From positions 750,001-782,000 of the forward strand of contig NC_007614.1 in the NCBI RefSeq assembly GCF_000196355.1: a stretch of 32,000 nt of DNA. Direction: 5' to 3'. The notes beneath the pieces are model-generated. The model was not told where the DNA came from. It was given only the letters and a program-made list of their open reading frames with translations, and searched no databases. Source of the DNA: Nitrosospira multiformis ATCC 25196. Lineage in GTDB: Bacteria > Pseudomonadota > Gammaproteobacteria > Burkholderiales > Nitrosomonadaceae. A program made the position numbers and the translations under genes. Of this stretch, positions 9,357 to 18,223 are shown one piece after another; position 1 is the first letter of the stretch, and each line of letters starts with the position of its first letter.

Positions 9357-10720
9357 CATTCCTTTTCACAATTGCCGCTTTCGTTGTTGCTCTCGGCCTG
9401 CTGATCGTATTTCATGAATTCGGCCATTACCTCGTCGCCCGCTGGTGTGGAGTAAAAGTACTCCGTTTCTCCATCGGTTTCGGTCATCCGCTCATGCGGA
9501 AGCAGGTGGGAAAAGACCAGACCGAATGGGTTATTGCCGCCTTTCCTCTTGGCGGTTATGTGAAGATGCTCGATGAACGTGAAGGAACGGTTGCGCTGGA
9601 GGAACTGCCACGTTCATTCAACCGCCAGCCGGTCTTGCAGCGGTTTGCTATCGTCGCAGCGGGGCCGGTCGCGAATTTTCTGCTGGCGATCGTCCTTTAC
9701 TGGCTGTTGTTCATGCTCGGCATCAATGCGATGAAGCCTGTTCTCGGACCTGTTGCTCCCGCAACTCCGGCGGCATTTGCCGGCCTGGAGAAGGGCGACA
9801 CCCTGAGGCGAATCGAGGGGGAACCGGTGGAAACCTGGCAGGATGCGCGCTGGCTGCTATTGTCCCACGCCGTGGAAAGGTCTCCTGCACTTGCGGTGGA
9901 AGTGACCGACATCCATGGTCAGACCGGGCTGCGGAGGCTGGATTTGAGCAACATCCAGGCGGATGATCTGGATGGGGAGTTTTTAAAGAAAATCGGCCTC
10001 AGCAGTTATCAGCCCGAGGTTAAACCCGTCATTTCGCAGGTGATACCCGATAGTGCCGGAAGCCGCGCCGGGTTACGGCCGGGCGATGAAATCCTGGCAG
10101 TCAACGGGCTGAAAATTTCCCTGTGGCAAGACCTGGTGCAACAGGTGCGAGATCGGCCGGAATCACCGGTCATGCTGGAAATCCGGCGTGACGGTGCCGT
10201 GATCGACAAGGAGGTTGTTCCCGACAGCGTCACAGAGAATGGAGAAAAAATCGGGAAAATTGGGATTGCGCCGCGGATTGATTCCGATGAGATCGAAAAG
10301 CTGTTGATCGAAGTACGCTATCCCTTGGGCACGGCTTTTGCCAAGGCGATAAACAAAACCTGGGAAACTTCGAAGTTCACCTTGCAAATGTTCGGAAAAA
10401 TGCTGGCAGGTGAGGTGTCCTGGAAGAATGTAAGTGGTCCCATCACTATTGCCGACTATGCAGGAAAATCTGCCCAGATGGGCCTTTCGCCTTATCTGGG
10501 TTTTCTCGCCCTGATCAGTGTCAGTTTGGGCGTATTGAACCTGCTGCCCATTCCCGTATTGGATGGAGGGCATTTAATGTATTATGTCATCGAAATCGTC
10601 AAGGGCAGTCCGCTCTCCGCGAAAGCGATGGAAATCGGTCAGCAGGTGGGGATGGCACTCTTGTTTGCCCTGATGGCTTTTGCCATTTATAACGACATAA
10701 ACCGCCTCATCCCCGGTTAA
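9353..10720 (+). CDS. rseP: RIP metalloprotease RseP (site-2 protease)
   Basis: HEFGHYLVARWCGVKVLRFSIGFG zinc motif HExxH, PDZ domains, C-terminal NLLPIPVLDGGHLMYY. Confidence 0.95.
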   Translation: MTFLFTIAAFVVALGLLIVFHEFGHYLVARWCGVKVLRFSIGFGHPLMRKQVGKDQTEWVIAAFPLGGYVKMLDEREGTVALEELPRSFNRQPVLQRFAIVAAGPVANFLLAIVLYWLLFMLGINAMKPVLGPVAPATPAAFAGLEKGDTLRRIEGEPVETWQDARWLLLSHAVERSPALAVEVTDIHGQTGLRRLDLSNIQADDLDGEFLKKIGLSSYQPEVKPVISQVIPDSAGSRAGLRPGDEILAVNGLKISLWQDLVQQVRDRPESPVMLEIRRDGAVIDKEVVPDSVTENGEKIGKIGIAPRIDSDEIEKLLIEVRYPLGTAFAKAINKTWETSKFTLQMFGKMLAGEVSWKNVSGPITIADYAGKSAQMGLSPYLGFLALISVSLGVLNLLPIPVLDGGHLMYYVIEIVKGSPLSAKAMEIGQQVGMALLFALMAFAIYNDINRLIPG

Positions 10721-10723
10721 AGC

Positions 10724-13006
10724 ATGAAAGTCAGGTATCTGGTCGCGCTTGTTTCTGCTTTGTGCGCTTCGGCTTCATGGGCACGCGAGCCCTTCGAAGT
10801 CAAGGACATCCGGGTGGAAGGCATACAGCGCACCGAGGCCGGAACCGTGTTCAGTTACCTGCCGGTGAAGGTCGGAGATGTGCTCGACGACGAAAAGGCG
10901 GCGGCGGCGATCAAGGCGCTGTATGCCACCGGTTTTTTCAAGGATGTACGGCTCGAGTCCGAAAACGGTGTCCTGATCGTGGTGATAGAGGAGCGGCCGG
11001 CGATTGCTCAGATCACCATTGTCGGTGCCAAGGAGTTTGAGAAAGACAAGCTCAAGGAGGGGCTGAAACAGGCAGGTTTGGCGGAATCCCGCATTTTCGA
11101 TCGCTCGACACTGGAAAAGGCCGAACAGGAACTCAAGCAGCAGTATATGGCGCGCGGCAAATATGCCGTGAAAATCACCACAACCACTACTCCGCTTGAA
11201 CGAAACCGCGTGGGCATTACCTTCCATGTGGACGAAGGCAGGACCGCCAAGATTCGCAAGATCAATATCGTCGGAAATAAAGCTTTCAAGGAAAAGGATC
11301 TGTTGAGCGCGTTCTCGCTGCGGACTCCTGGCCTCTTGACCTGGCTCACCAAGGAAGACCAGTATTCGAAGCAGAAGCTCGGCGGCGATCTCGAATCGCT
11401 CCGTTCCTATTACCTGAATCGCGGCTACCTCGAATTCAGCATAGAGTCGACGCAGGTATCGATCACACCCGACATGCAGGATATTTACATTACGGTAAAT
11501 ATCGTCGAGGGCCCTAAATATGATGTTTCCGAAATCAAGCTTGCCGGTGAACTGCTGGTTCCGGAAGAGGAACTGCGCAAGCTCATACAACTCTCGCCCG
11601 GAGACACGTTTTCCCGCGAAAAGCTGACGGAGTCCATCAAGCTCATCACCGACCGGCTCGGCGACGATGGTTACGCATTCGCCAATGTCAACGCCTCTCC
11701 CCAGCTGGACAAGGAAAAGCAGCAGGTGGCGTTCACCTTTTTTATCGATCCCGGCCGTCGCGTCTATGTCAGACGCATCAATATTACCGGCAACTCCCGA
11801 ACCCGGGATGAAGTGATACGGCGGGAAATGCGCCAGTTCGAAGGGGGCTGGTATTCAACCAGCAAGATAAACCGCTCCAAGACCCGGGTCGACAGATTGA
11901 ATTACTTTACTGCCGTCAATGTTGAAACTCCGGCGGTTCCCGGTACCACGGACCAGATCGATGTGAATGTCGAAGTCAAGGAAAAGCCGACGGGCGCCGT
12001 GATGTTCGGTGCGGGCTATTCCAACATGGAAGGACTGATACTGAGCGGGTCTGTTGCGCAGGACAATATATTCGGTACCGGCAAGTTCGTCAATCTCATG
12101 GTGAATACCGGTAGCGTCAACAAGACCTATTCATTGTCCTATACCGACCCCTATTTCACCAAGGATGGTGTCACGGCAGGACTCGATCTCTATAAGCGGG
12201 TGCTCAACACACGCACCTTGTCCTCCGTGATGAATTTCAACACCGACACGCTGGGCGCAGGTCTTCGTTTCGGCATTCCCATCAATGAAAATGACAGCAT
12301 CATGGGGGGGCTGGGAGCGGAACAAACCACGATCGATCTTGGGCCTGACAGCCCGCAGCGTAATATCGATTTCGTGAACAAATTCGGGCGGACCACGATC
12401 AACATACCTGCAACGCTCAGCTGGAGGCGGGATGGCCGTGACAGCGCAATCTGGACAACTTCGGGAACCACGCAGCGCGTGTTCGCGGAGGTGGGCCTGC
12501 CGGGAGGAGACCTCACTTATTACAAATTGAGTTATGACCTTCGCTGGTATTTCCCCATCACCGAGATATTTACGCTGATGTTGAATGGGGAACTCGGATA
12601 TGGGGATGGCTATTCCGGTAAAGAGCTTCCCTTTTTCAAGAATTTCTTCGCCGGGGGCAATACCTCCGTGCGGGGTTACAACATCAGTTCGCTGGGTCCC
12701 AGGGACGCAACCAACAGAACCTTGGGAGGCAACAAACGTGCGGTAGGCAATATCGAGGTTCTGTTTCCGATGCCCGGCATGAGGAATGATCGCACAGTAC
12801 GCCTGAGCGCGTTTCTGGATGGGGGCACGGTCTGGGGACCTGGTGGGGTAAGACCCGATCAGGAGGGCTTGCGTTATTCTGCCGGTATCGCCGTTACCTG
12901 GATATCTCCTATGGGGCCGCTCAAAATCAGCGTGGCCCAGCCCTTGAATAGCCAGCCCGGCGACAACATACAGCGTTTTCAGTTTCAGTTTGGGCAACAA
13001 TTCTAG
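10724..13006 (+). CDS. bamA: Outer membrane protein assembly factor BamA (Omp85)
   Basis: 760 aa, signal peptide, POTRA repeats (FEVKDIRVEGIQRTEAGTVFSYLPVKVGD), C-terminal barrel ending FQFQFGQQF. Confidence 0.97.
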   Translation: MKVRYLVALVSALCASASWAREPFEVKDIRVEGIQRTEAGTVFSYLPVKVGDVLDDEKAAAAIKALYATGFFKDVRLESENGVLIVVIEERPAIAQITIVGAKEFEKDKLKEGLKQAGLAESRIFDRSTLEKAEQELKQQYMARGKYAVKITTTTTPLERNRVGITFHVDEGRTAKIRKINIVGNKAFKEKDLLSAFSLRTPGLLTWLTKEDQYSKQKLGGDLESLRSYYLNRGYLEFSIESTQVSITPDMQDIYITVNIVEGPKYDVSEIKLAGELLVPEEELRKLIQLSPGDTFSREKLTESIKLITDRLGDDGYAFANVNASPQLDKEKQQVAFTFFIDPGRRVYVRRINITGNSRTRDEVIRREMRQFEGGWYSTSKINRSKTRVDRLNYFTAVNVETPAVPGTTDQIDVNVEVKEKPTGAVMFGAGYSNMEGLILSGSVAQDNIFGTGKFVNLMVNTGSVNKTYSLSYTDPYFTKDGVTAGLDLYKRVLNTRTLSSVMNFNTDTLGAGLRFGIPINENDSIMGGLGAEQTTIDLGPDSPQRNIDFVNKFGRTTINIPATLSWRRDGRDSAIWTTSGTTQRVFAEVGLPGGDLTYYKLSYDLRWYFPITEIFTLMLNGELGYGDGYSGKELPFFKNFFAGGNTSVRGYNISSLGPRDATNRTLGGNKRAVGNIEVLFPMPGMRNDRTVRLSAFLDGGTVWGPGGVRPDQEGLRYSAGIAVTWISPMGPLKISVAQPLNSQPGDNIQRFQFQFGQQF

Positions 13007-13025
13007 ACTAGATCCGGAGATAAAA

Positions 13026-13553
13026 TTGAAACACAAGATACTGGGACGAACTTTAATCGCGATAACCTCCATTCTCGTCGCATCTATCTACGGAACCGCA
13101 GGCGCGCTGGCAGAAGATATCAAGGTCGGGGTTGTCGACACGGAGCGCATTCTGGCTGAATCTGCGCCCGCGGTCAGAGCACTTAGAAAAATCGAAAGGG
13201 AATTTCTCCCCCGGGACCAGGAGCTCAAGAAACTCGCGGTACAGGCGAAGGAGCTTCAGGATTTGCTGGAAAAAGAAGGAAAGCGCATGCCGGAAGCGGA
13301 ACGCCGCAGCAAGGAGCGCGACCTGGCTGCGCTTAACCGGGAATACCAGCGCGGGCAACGGCAGTTGCGTGAAGATTTGAGCCTGCGCCAGAACGATGAG
13401 GTTGCGGCGCTTCAGCTGACCGCCACCAAGGCCATTCAAATCATTGCCGAGACCGAGAAGTACGACCTCATATTGCCCCTGCGCGATCTCGTCTACCGAA
13501 GCCCGCGAATCGATATTACTGACAAGGTACTCAAAGCGCTGGCCGACAAGTAG
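13026..13553 (+). CDS. skp: OmpH/Skp family periplasmic chaperone
   Basis: KVGVVDTERILAESAPAVRALRKIEREFLPRDQEL...; TTG start with GGAG 6 nt upstream, immediately after bamA. Confidence 0.88.
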   Translation: MKHKILGRTLIAITSILVASIYGTAGALAEDIKVGVVDTERILAESAPAVRALRKIEREFLPRDQELKKLAVQAKELQDLLEKEGKRMPEAERRSKERDLAALNREYQRGQRQLREDLSLRQNDEVAALQLTATKAIQIIAETEKYDLILPLRDLVYRSPRIDITDKVLKALADK

Positions 13554-13661
13554 CTCCGGCGGTCAGGGACAACGGGCAAGTCCGTCTCTCCTCCGATCAT
13601 CTCAATCCTCTGATCATCCTTTATCCACTTCTTATCAAGAACCCGGGAAAACATCGCGCTA

Positions 13662-14102
13662 ATGGATATCCATGAAATTCTGAAATACCTTCCTCACCGT
13701 TACCCCTTGCTCCTCGTCGATCGCGTTCTCGCTTTCGAACCGGGAAAGAGCCTCACCGCGCTCAAGAACGTAACGATCAACGAACCTTTTTTTACGGGAC
13801 ACTTTCCTCATCATCCCGTCATGCCCGGGGTATTGGTGATCGAAGCGCTGGCGCAGGCTGCCGCTCTTCTGACGCTCAAAACATCCAATGTGGAAGCCGA
13901 CGAGAATTCCATCTATTATTTCGTTGGCATCGATAATGCGCGTTTCAAGCGGCCGGTGGAACCGGGCGATCAACTGATACTCAAGGCTACAGTTCTGAAG
14001 GAGAGGATCGGAATCTGGAAATATGCGGCACGGGCGGAAGTGGACGGCCGCGTTGCCGCCGAGGCCGAACTGATGTGTACCGTCAGGCCAAAAGAGACCT
14101 GA
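13662..14102 (+). CDS. fabZ: 3-hydroxyacyl-ACP dehydratase FabZ
   Basis: [66 protein letters not shown]. Confidence 0.97.
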   Translation: MDIHEILKYLPHRYPLLLVDRVLAFEPGKSLTALKNVTINEPFFTGHFPHHPVMPGVLVIEALAQAAALLTLKTSNVEADENSIYYFVGIDNARFKRPVEPGDQLILKATVLKERIGIWKYAARAEVDGRVAAEAELMCTVRPKET

Positions 14103-14133
14103 AATACCTGCGGAAAAACGGCAGAGTTGATCC

Positions 14134-14733
14134 ATGTGCAGCAATGAATATCCTTGGGTCTGCGGTGTGGATGAGGCCGGCCGGGGGCCGCTGGCAGGAC
14201 CGGTGTTCGCTGCCTGCGTGATACTCGATCCGGCCTCTCCCATAGATGGCCTGGCAGATTCGAAAACGCTTACCGAGGGAAAGCGCAACAGCCTGACCCT
14301 TGCCATAAAGGCGTATTCGATTGCCTGGGCCATCGGGTTCGCATCCGTCAGGGAAATAGACCGGCTGAATATATTGCAAGCAAGCCTGCTGGCGATGAAA
14401 CGCGCGATCGGAAAATTGCCGGTGACGCCAGCGCGGGTATTAGTGGATGGAAACCACAGTCCCCGCCTGAAATTCCCCGTGACTACCATCGTGAGGGGCG
14501 ACAGCCTGGTGCCGGAAATTTCCGCTGCCTCGATTCTTGCCAAGACCGCCCGCGATGCCGAGATGATGGCGTTACACCGGCGTTTTCCCCGTTATGGCTT
14601 CGATCAGCACAAAGGATATTCCACGGAGCAGCATCTTGCCGCACTGAAAATTCACGGCGTTTCCATTGTGCACCGCCGCAGCTTTGCGCCGGTAAGGGAA
14701 CTCATGGCAAATGAAAAAGACGCGGAATCATGA
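14134..14733 (+). CDS. rnhB: Ribonuclease HII
   Basis: [26 protein letters not shown]...[12 protein letters not shown]...[25 protein letters not shown]. Confidence 0.95.
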   Translation: MCSNEYPWVCGVDEAGRGPLAGPVFAACVILDPASPIDGLADSKTLTEGKRNSLTLAIKAYSIAWAIGFASVREIDRLNILQASLLAMKRAIGKLPVTPARVLVDGNHSPRLKFPVTTIVRGDSLVPEISAASILAKTARDAEMMALHRRFPRYGFDQHKGYSTEQHLAALKIHGVSIVHRRSFAPVRELMANEKDAES

Positions 14734-14948
14734 ATAAATCCTGCCCTGAACCGGGCTTCCGCGAGGCTCCTGCTTCCGGCAATTTCCATTCCGCCTGACC
14801 GGCTGCCCCGCAAAAAAGCCATATTCCATTTAAGGACTGCGAATGCAATAATGAATGATTCTCGATGAAGGCATCGAGCGCATGGCTCTTGGCATTTTTA
14901 TCATTTCCTGAGGAAATTCCTGATAACCTAACTTGCAGGCTCAACGAT

Positions 14949-15443
14949 ATGCAAATTGAAAAAGGCACCGTGGTATCGCTCAATTATATTTTGTCTGATT
15001 CAACCGGTGAAATTCTGGAGAAATCCAATTTTCCTGTAAGCTACCTCCACGGTGGTTACCACGATGAAATGTTTCCGAAGGTGGAAGAGGAGCTGACTCA
15101 CAAGGAAGCAGGGTACCGTTGCCTGGTCGTGATGGAACCGGAGGATGCTTTTGGCGAATATGACAGCGATCTCGTGCGGGTCGAGTCACGCAGCCGCTTT
15201 CCCGAGGATGTCGTGGTGGGCATGAAGTTCGAAGGGGGCGAGGAAGAGTCGGACAATGTCCGGATATATACAGTGACAGACATTGCCGAAGACAAGGTCG
15301 TGGTGGACGGCAATCATCCTCTGGCGGGGCAGTCGGTTCGATTTGAATGCGAGGTAACCGATGTGCGTCCCGCTACTGCCGAAGAGCTGGCTCATGGCCA
15401 CGCTCACGGTCCGCATGGTCATGGCCACGGGCATGAGCATTAA
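14949..15443 (+). CDS. slyD: FKBP-type peptidyl-prolyl isomerase, SlyD-like, His-rich C-terminus
   Basis: MQIEKGTVVSLNYILSDSTGEILEKS...MFPKVEEELTHKEAGYRCLVVMEPEDAFGEYDSDLV, tail HGHAHGPHGHGHGHEH. Confidence 0.85.
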   Translation: MQIEKGTVVSLNYILSDSTGEILEKSNFPVSYLHGGYHDEMFPKVEEELTHKEAGYRCLVVMEPEDAFGEYDSDLVRVESRSRFPEDVVVGMKFEGGEEESDNVRIYTVTDIAEDKVVVDGNHPLAGQSVRFECEVTDVRPATAEELAHGHAHGPHGHGHGHEH

Positions 15444-15488
15444 GACGTGAACTCTGGTGGAGATCACCGTTAGAGATATAAGTCGAAG

Positions 15489-18197
15489 CTATTCTTTCTC
15501 TGCCGCCTTCTTCAAGCCGTAGAGCTGCTCCAGGGCCTGTTTCGGGCTCAAGTCGTCGGGAACGATAGTGCGTAACAGTGCAAGTACGGGATGCTCCGGG
15601 GCGCTGTCATTTTTGTCAACGGAACCTTCCGGCATCCTGTCCTGCTTCCAGAAGAGGTCGTCCCTGGAGAACAAGTCTCCTTGCGGCTGATTGCTCAACG
15701 CTTCCTGCTCGAGTTTCAGCAGATATCTTCTCGCTGTTCTTATTACCGGATCAGGCACTCCGGCCAATGCCGCCACCTGGAGACCGTAGCTCTGGCTGGC
15801 CGGCCCCTCGTTGACGGCGTGCAGGAACACGATATGATGTTTGTGCTCCACCGCGCGCAGGTGCACATTGGCGACCTGTGCAAACTCCTCCGCAAGCCGC
15901 GTCAATTCGAAATAATGTGTGGCGAATAGGGTGTAGCTACGGTTCTTTTCCAGCAGATAACGGGCGATTGCGAAAGCGAGCGCCAGTCCATCGAACGTAG
16001 AGGTTCCCCGGCCCACTTCATCCATCAGCACCAGGCTTTGCGCCGTGGCGTTGTGCAGGATATTTGCCGCCTCGGTCATTTCCATCATGAAGGTGGAGCG
16101 CCCTCCCGCCAGATCGTCGGATGCGCCGATCCGCGTGAAAAGCTGATCGAGCGGTCCAATAAGCGCGCTTCTCGCGGGAACAAAACTCCCGCAATGGGCG
16201 AGTAGCGCAATCAGGGCAACCTGGCGCATGTAGGTAGACTTCCCGCCCATGTTGGGCCCGGTAATGACGAGCATCTGCCGTCTGCCACCCGTGCGGGCGC
16301 CAAGCTGGACATCATTGGCGATGAAGCTGTCCACTTGTTTTTCAACTACCGGATGCCGCCCTGCCTGAATTTCGATAACACTGTCACTGGTAAAAAGGGG
16401 CAGGCTGTAGTCAAGTGCCAGCGCGCGTTCGGCAAAGGTCGCAAGGACATCCAGTTCTGCCACGCTGCGTGCAACCTGCTGCAGATGGTCGATATATTGG
16501 GAGAGCATATCCAGCAGCTCGCCATACAGCAATTTCTCCCGCTCCAGTGCCCGGCTCTGGGCAGAAAGCGCCTTTTCCTCGAAAGCTTTGAGCTCAGGCG
16601 TAATGTAGCGCTCCGCATTCTTCAGCGTCTGTCTGCGCCGATAGTCGTCGGGGATTTTCTCGGTGTGCGCATGCGTCACTTCAATGTAAAAACCGTGCAA
16701 ACGGTTGTATTCCACCTTGAGATTCGCAATACCGGTACGGGCCTTTTCCCGGGTTTCGAGTTGCAGCAGGAATTCATCGCAATTGTTGTGTATCGCGCGC
16801 AGTTCATCCAATTCGGCATCGTAGCCATCGGCAATCACGCCCCCGGTGCGCAGCATCACCTCCGGTTCTTCCTTCAGCGATTTCTCCAGCAGCGCAACGA
16901 GAGCATTGTCTGGCGCCATCGAGTGGATGAGCGCCGCGACATGCGCGCTTACGTCACTGCCGCCGCTACTTGTAGTAGCGGTACCGGCAACGGCGTTGTT
17001 GACTGCGGGCAGCCGTTTCAGGCTGTCGCGCAGCCCGGATAAGTCCCGTGGCCGTGCCGATTTCAGGGCGATACGGGCAGTAATGCGCTCGATATCCGTC
17101 ACGCGCTTCAAGCAGTCGCGCACCGAAAGGCAGGGGCCTGATCCTGCTTCCCCCATCAAAAAAGATACACCATTGAGCCGGTTCTGGATCAGCCCGCGGT
17201 CGCGAAGCGGGTGGTGCAGCCAGTGGCACAGCAGTCGGCTGCCCATGTTGGTCGAACAGGTATCCAGCAGGGACAATAAAGTGGGCGCCGCGTCACCTCG
17301 TATAGTTTCGGAGATCTCCAGATTGCGGCGAGTGGTGGCGTCCATGCGCAGATAGGTATCCTCCCGCTCAACCCGCAACCCCTTGATATGACCTATGCTG
17401 GCGCCCTGCGTCAGCCGGGTATAATCCAGCAACGCACTTGCGGCGCCGAGAGAAACATCCAGATCCTCGCAGCCGAAACCGGAAAGGTCATGGGTACCGA
17501 ACTGCCGGGAGAGATTGCGCACAGCCGCGGCGGTATCGAACTGCCATGCCGGCAAATGCTTCACGCATAACTTCTCCTGTATTACCCTGTCGTTGATCCC
17601 GGCAAGATTCAGCGATTCCGGCAAAAGAATCTCGGCAGGCTTCAGGCGTTCGAGTTCGGCTGTGAGATTGTTCACCGAAGTCTCCATCACGGAAAATTGC
17701 CCTGCTGCAAGATTCAGCCACGCCAGCCCCAGGGTGGATTCATGCACGAGCAAGGCAAGCAGGGCGCTGTCGCGCTTGTCCTCCAGGAGCGCAGCATCGG
17801 TCAGGGTGCCGGGGGTGATGATGCGTGTCACCTGGCGTTCTACCGGTCCTTTCGAAGTGGCGGGATCGCCCACCTGTTCGCAGATGACGACCGATTCTCC
17901 AAGCTTGACGAGCTTTGCCAGATACTGTTCCGCCGCATGGTAAGGCACACCAGCCATCTTGATCGGCTCTCCCGCCGAAGTGCCGCGACGGGTCAGGGTG
18001 ATGTCGAGCAGCTTCGCTGCCTTTTCCGCATCGTCAAAGAACAGTTCATAGAAATCCCCCATCCGGTAAAACATCAGCATATCCGGATGCTGCGCCTTGA
18101 TGCGCAGGTATTGCTGCATCATGGGGGTATGGTTATTCAATACCGCTTCAAATACTGTGGGATCGGTTGAAAGTCTGGCTTTACTGGATTGAGACAT
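15489..18197 (-). CDS. mutS: DNA mismatch repair protein MutS
   Basis: 902 aa; [36 protein letters not shown]..., Walker [28 protein letters not shown]-type motif. Confidence 0.97.
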   Translation of the reverse strand: MSQSSKARLSTDPTVFEAVLNNHTPMMQQYLRIKAQHPDMLMFYRMGDFYELFFDDAEKAAKLLDITLTRRGTSAGEPIKMAGVPYHAAEQYLAKLVKLGESVVICEQVGDPATSKGPVERQVTRIITPGTLTDAALLEDKRDSALLALLVHESTLGLAWLNLAAGQFSVMETSVNNLTAELERLKPAEILLPESLNLAGINDRVIQEKLCVKHLPAWQFDTAAAVRNLSRQFGTHDLSGFGCEDLDVSLGAASALLDYTRLTQGASIGHIKGLRVEREDTYLRMDATTRRNLEISETIRGDAAPTLLSLLDTCSTNMGSRLLCHWLHHPLRDRGLIQNRLNGVSFLMGEAGSGPCLSVRDCLKRVTDIERITARIALKSARPRDLSGLRDSLKRLPAVNNAVAGTATTSSGGSDVSAHVAALIHSMAPDNALVALLEKSLKEEPEVMLRTGGVIADGYDAELDELRAIHNNCDEFLLQLETREKARTGIANLKVEYNRLHGFYIEVTHAHTEKIPDDYRRRQTLKNAERYITPELKAFEEKALSAQSRALEREKLLYGELLDMLSQYIDHLQQVARSVAELDVLATFAERALALDYSLPLFTSDSVIEIQAGRHPVVEKQVDSFIANDVQLGARTGGRRQMLVITGPNMGGKSTYMRQVALIALLAHCGSFVPARSALIGPLDQLFTRIGASDDLAGGRSTFMMEMTEAANILHNATAQSLVLMDEVGRGTSTFDGLALAFAIARYLLEKNRSYTLFATHYFELTRLAEEFAQVANVHLRAVEHKHHIVFLHAVNEGPASQSYGLQVAALAGVPDPVIRTARRYLLKLEQEALSNQPQGDLFSRDDLFWKQDRMPEGSVDKNDSAPEHPVLALLRTIVPDDLSPKQALEQLYGLKKAAEKE

Positions 18198-18223
18198 TCA
18201 TTATTTCTTTGTGAAGTAATCAT

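Noticed and set aside
12131-13072. 313-aa minus-strand ORF
   Set aside because: Antisense to the bamA barrel region; no recognisable domain.
15396-15443. His-rich repetitive tail in slyD
   Set aside because: A metal-binding His-rich C-terminus is typical of SlyD-type proteins, so not novel.
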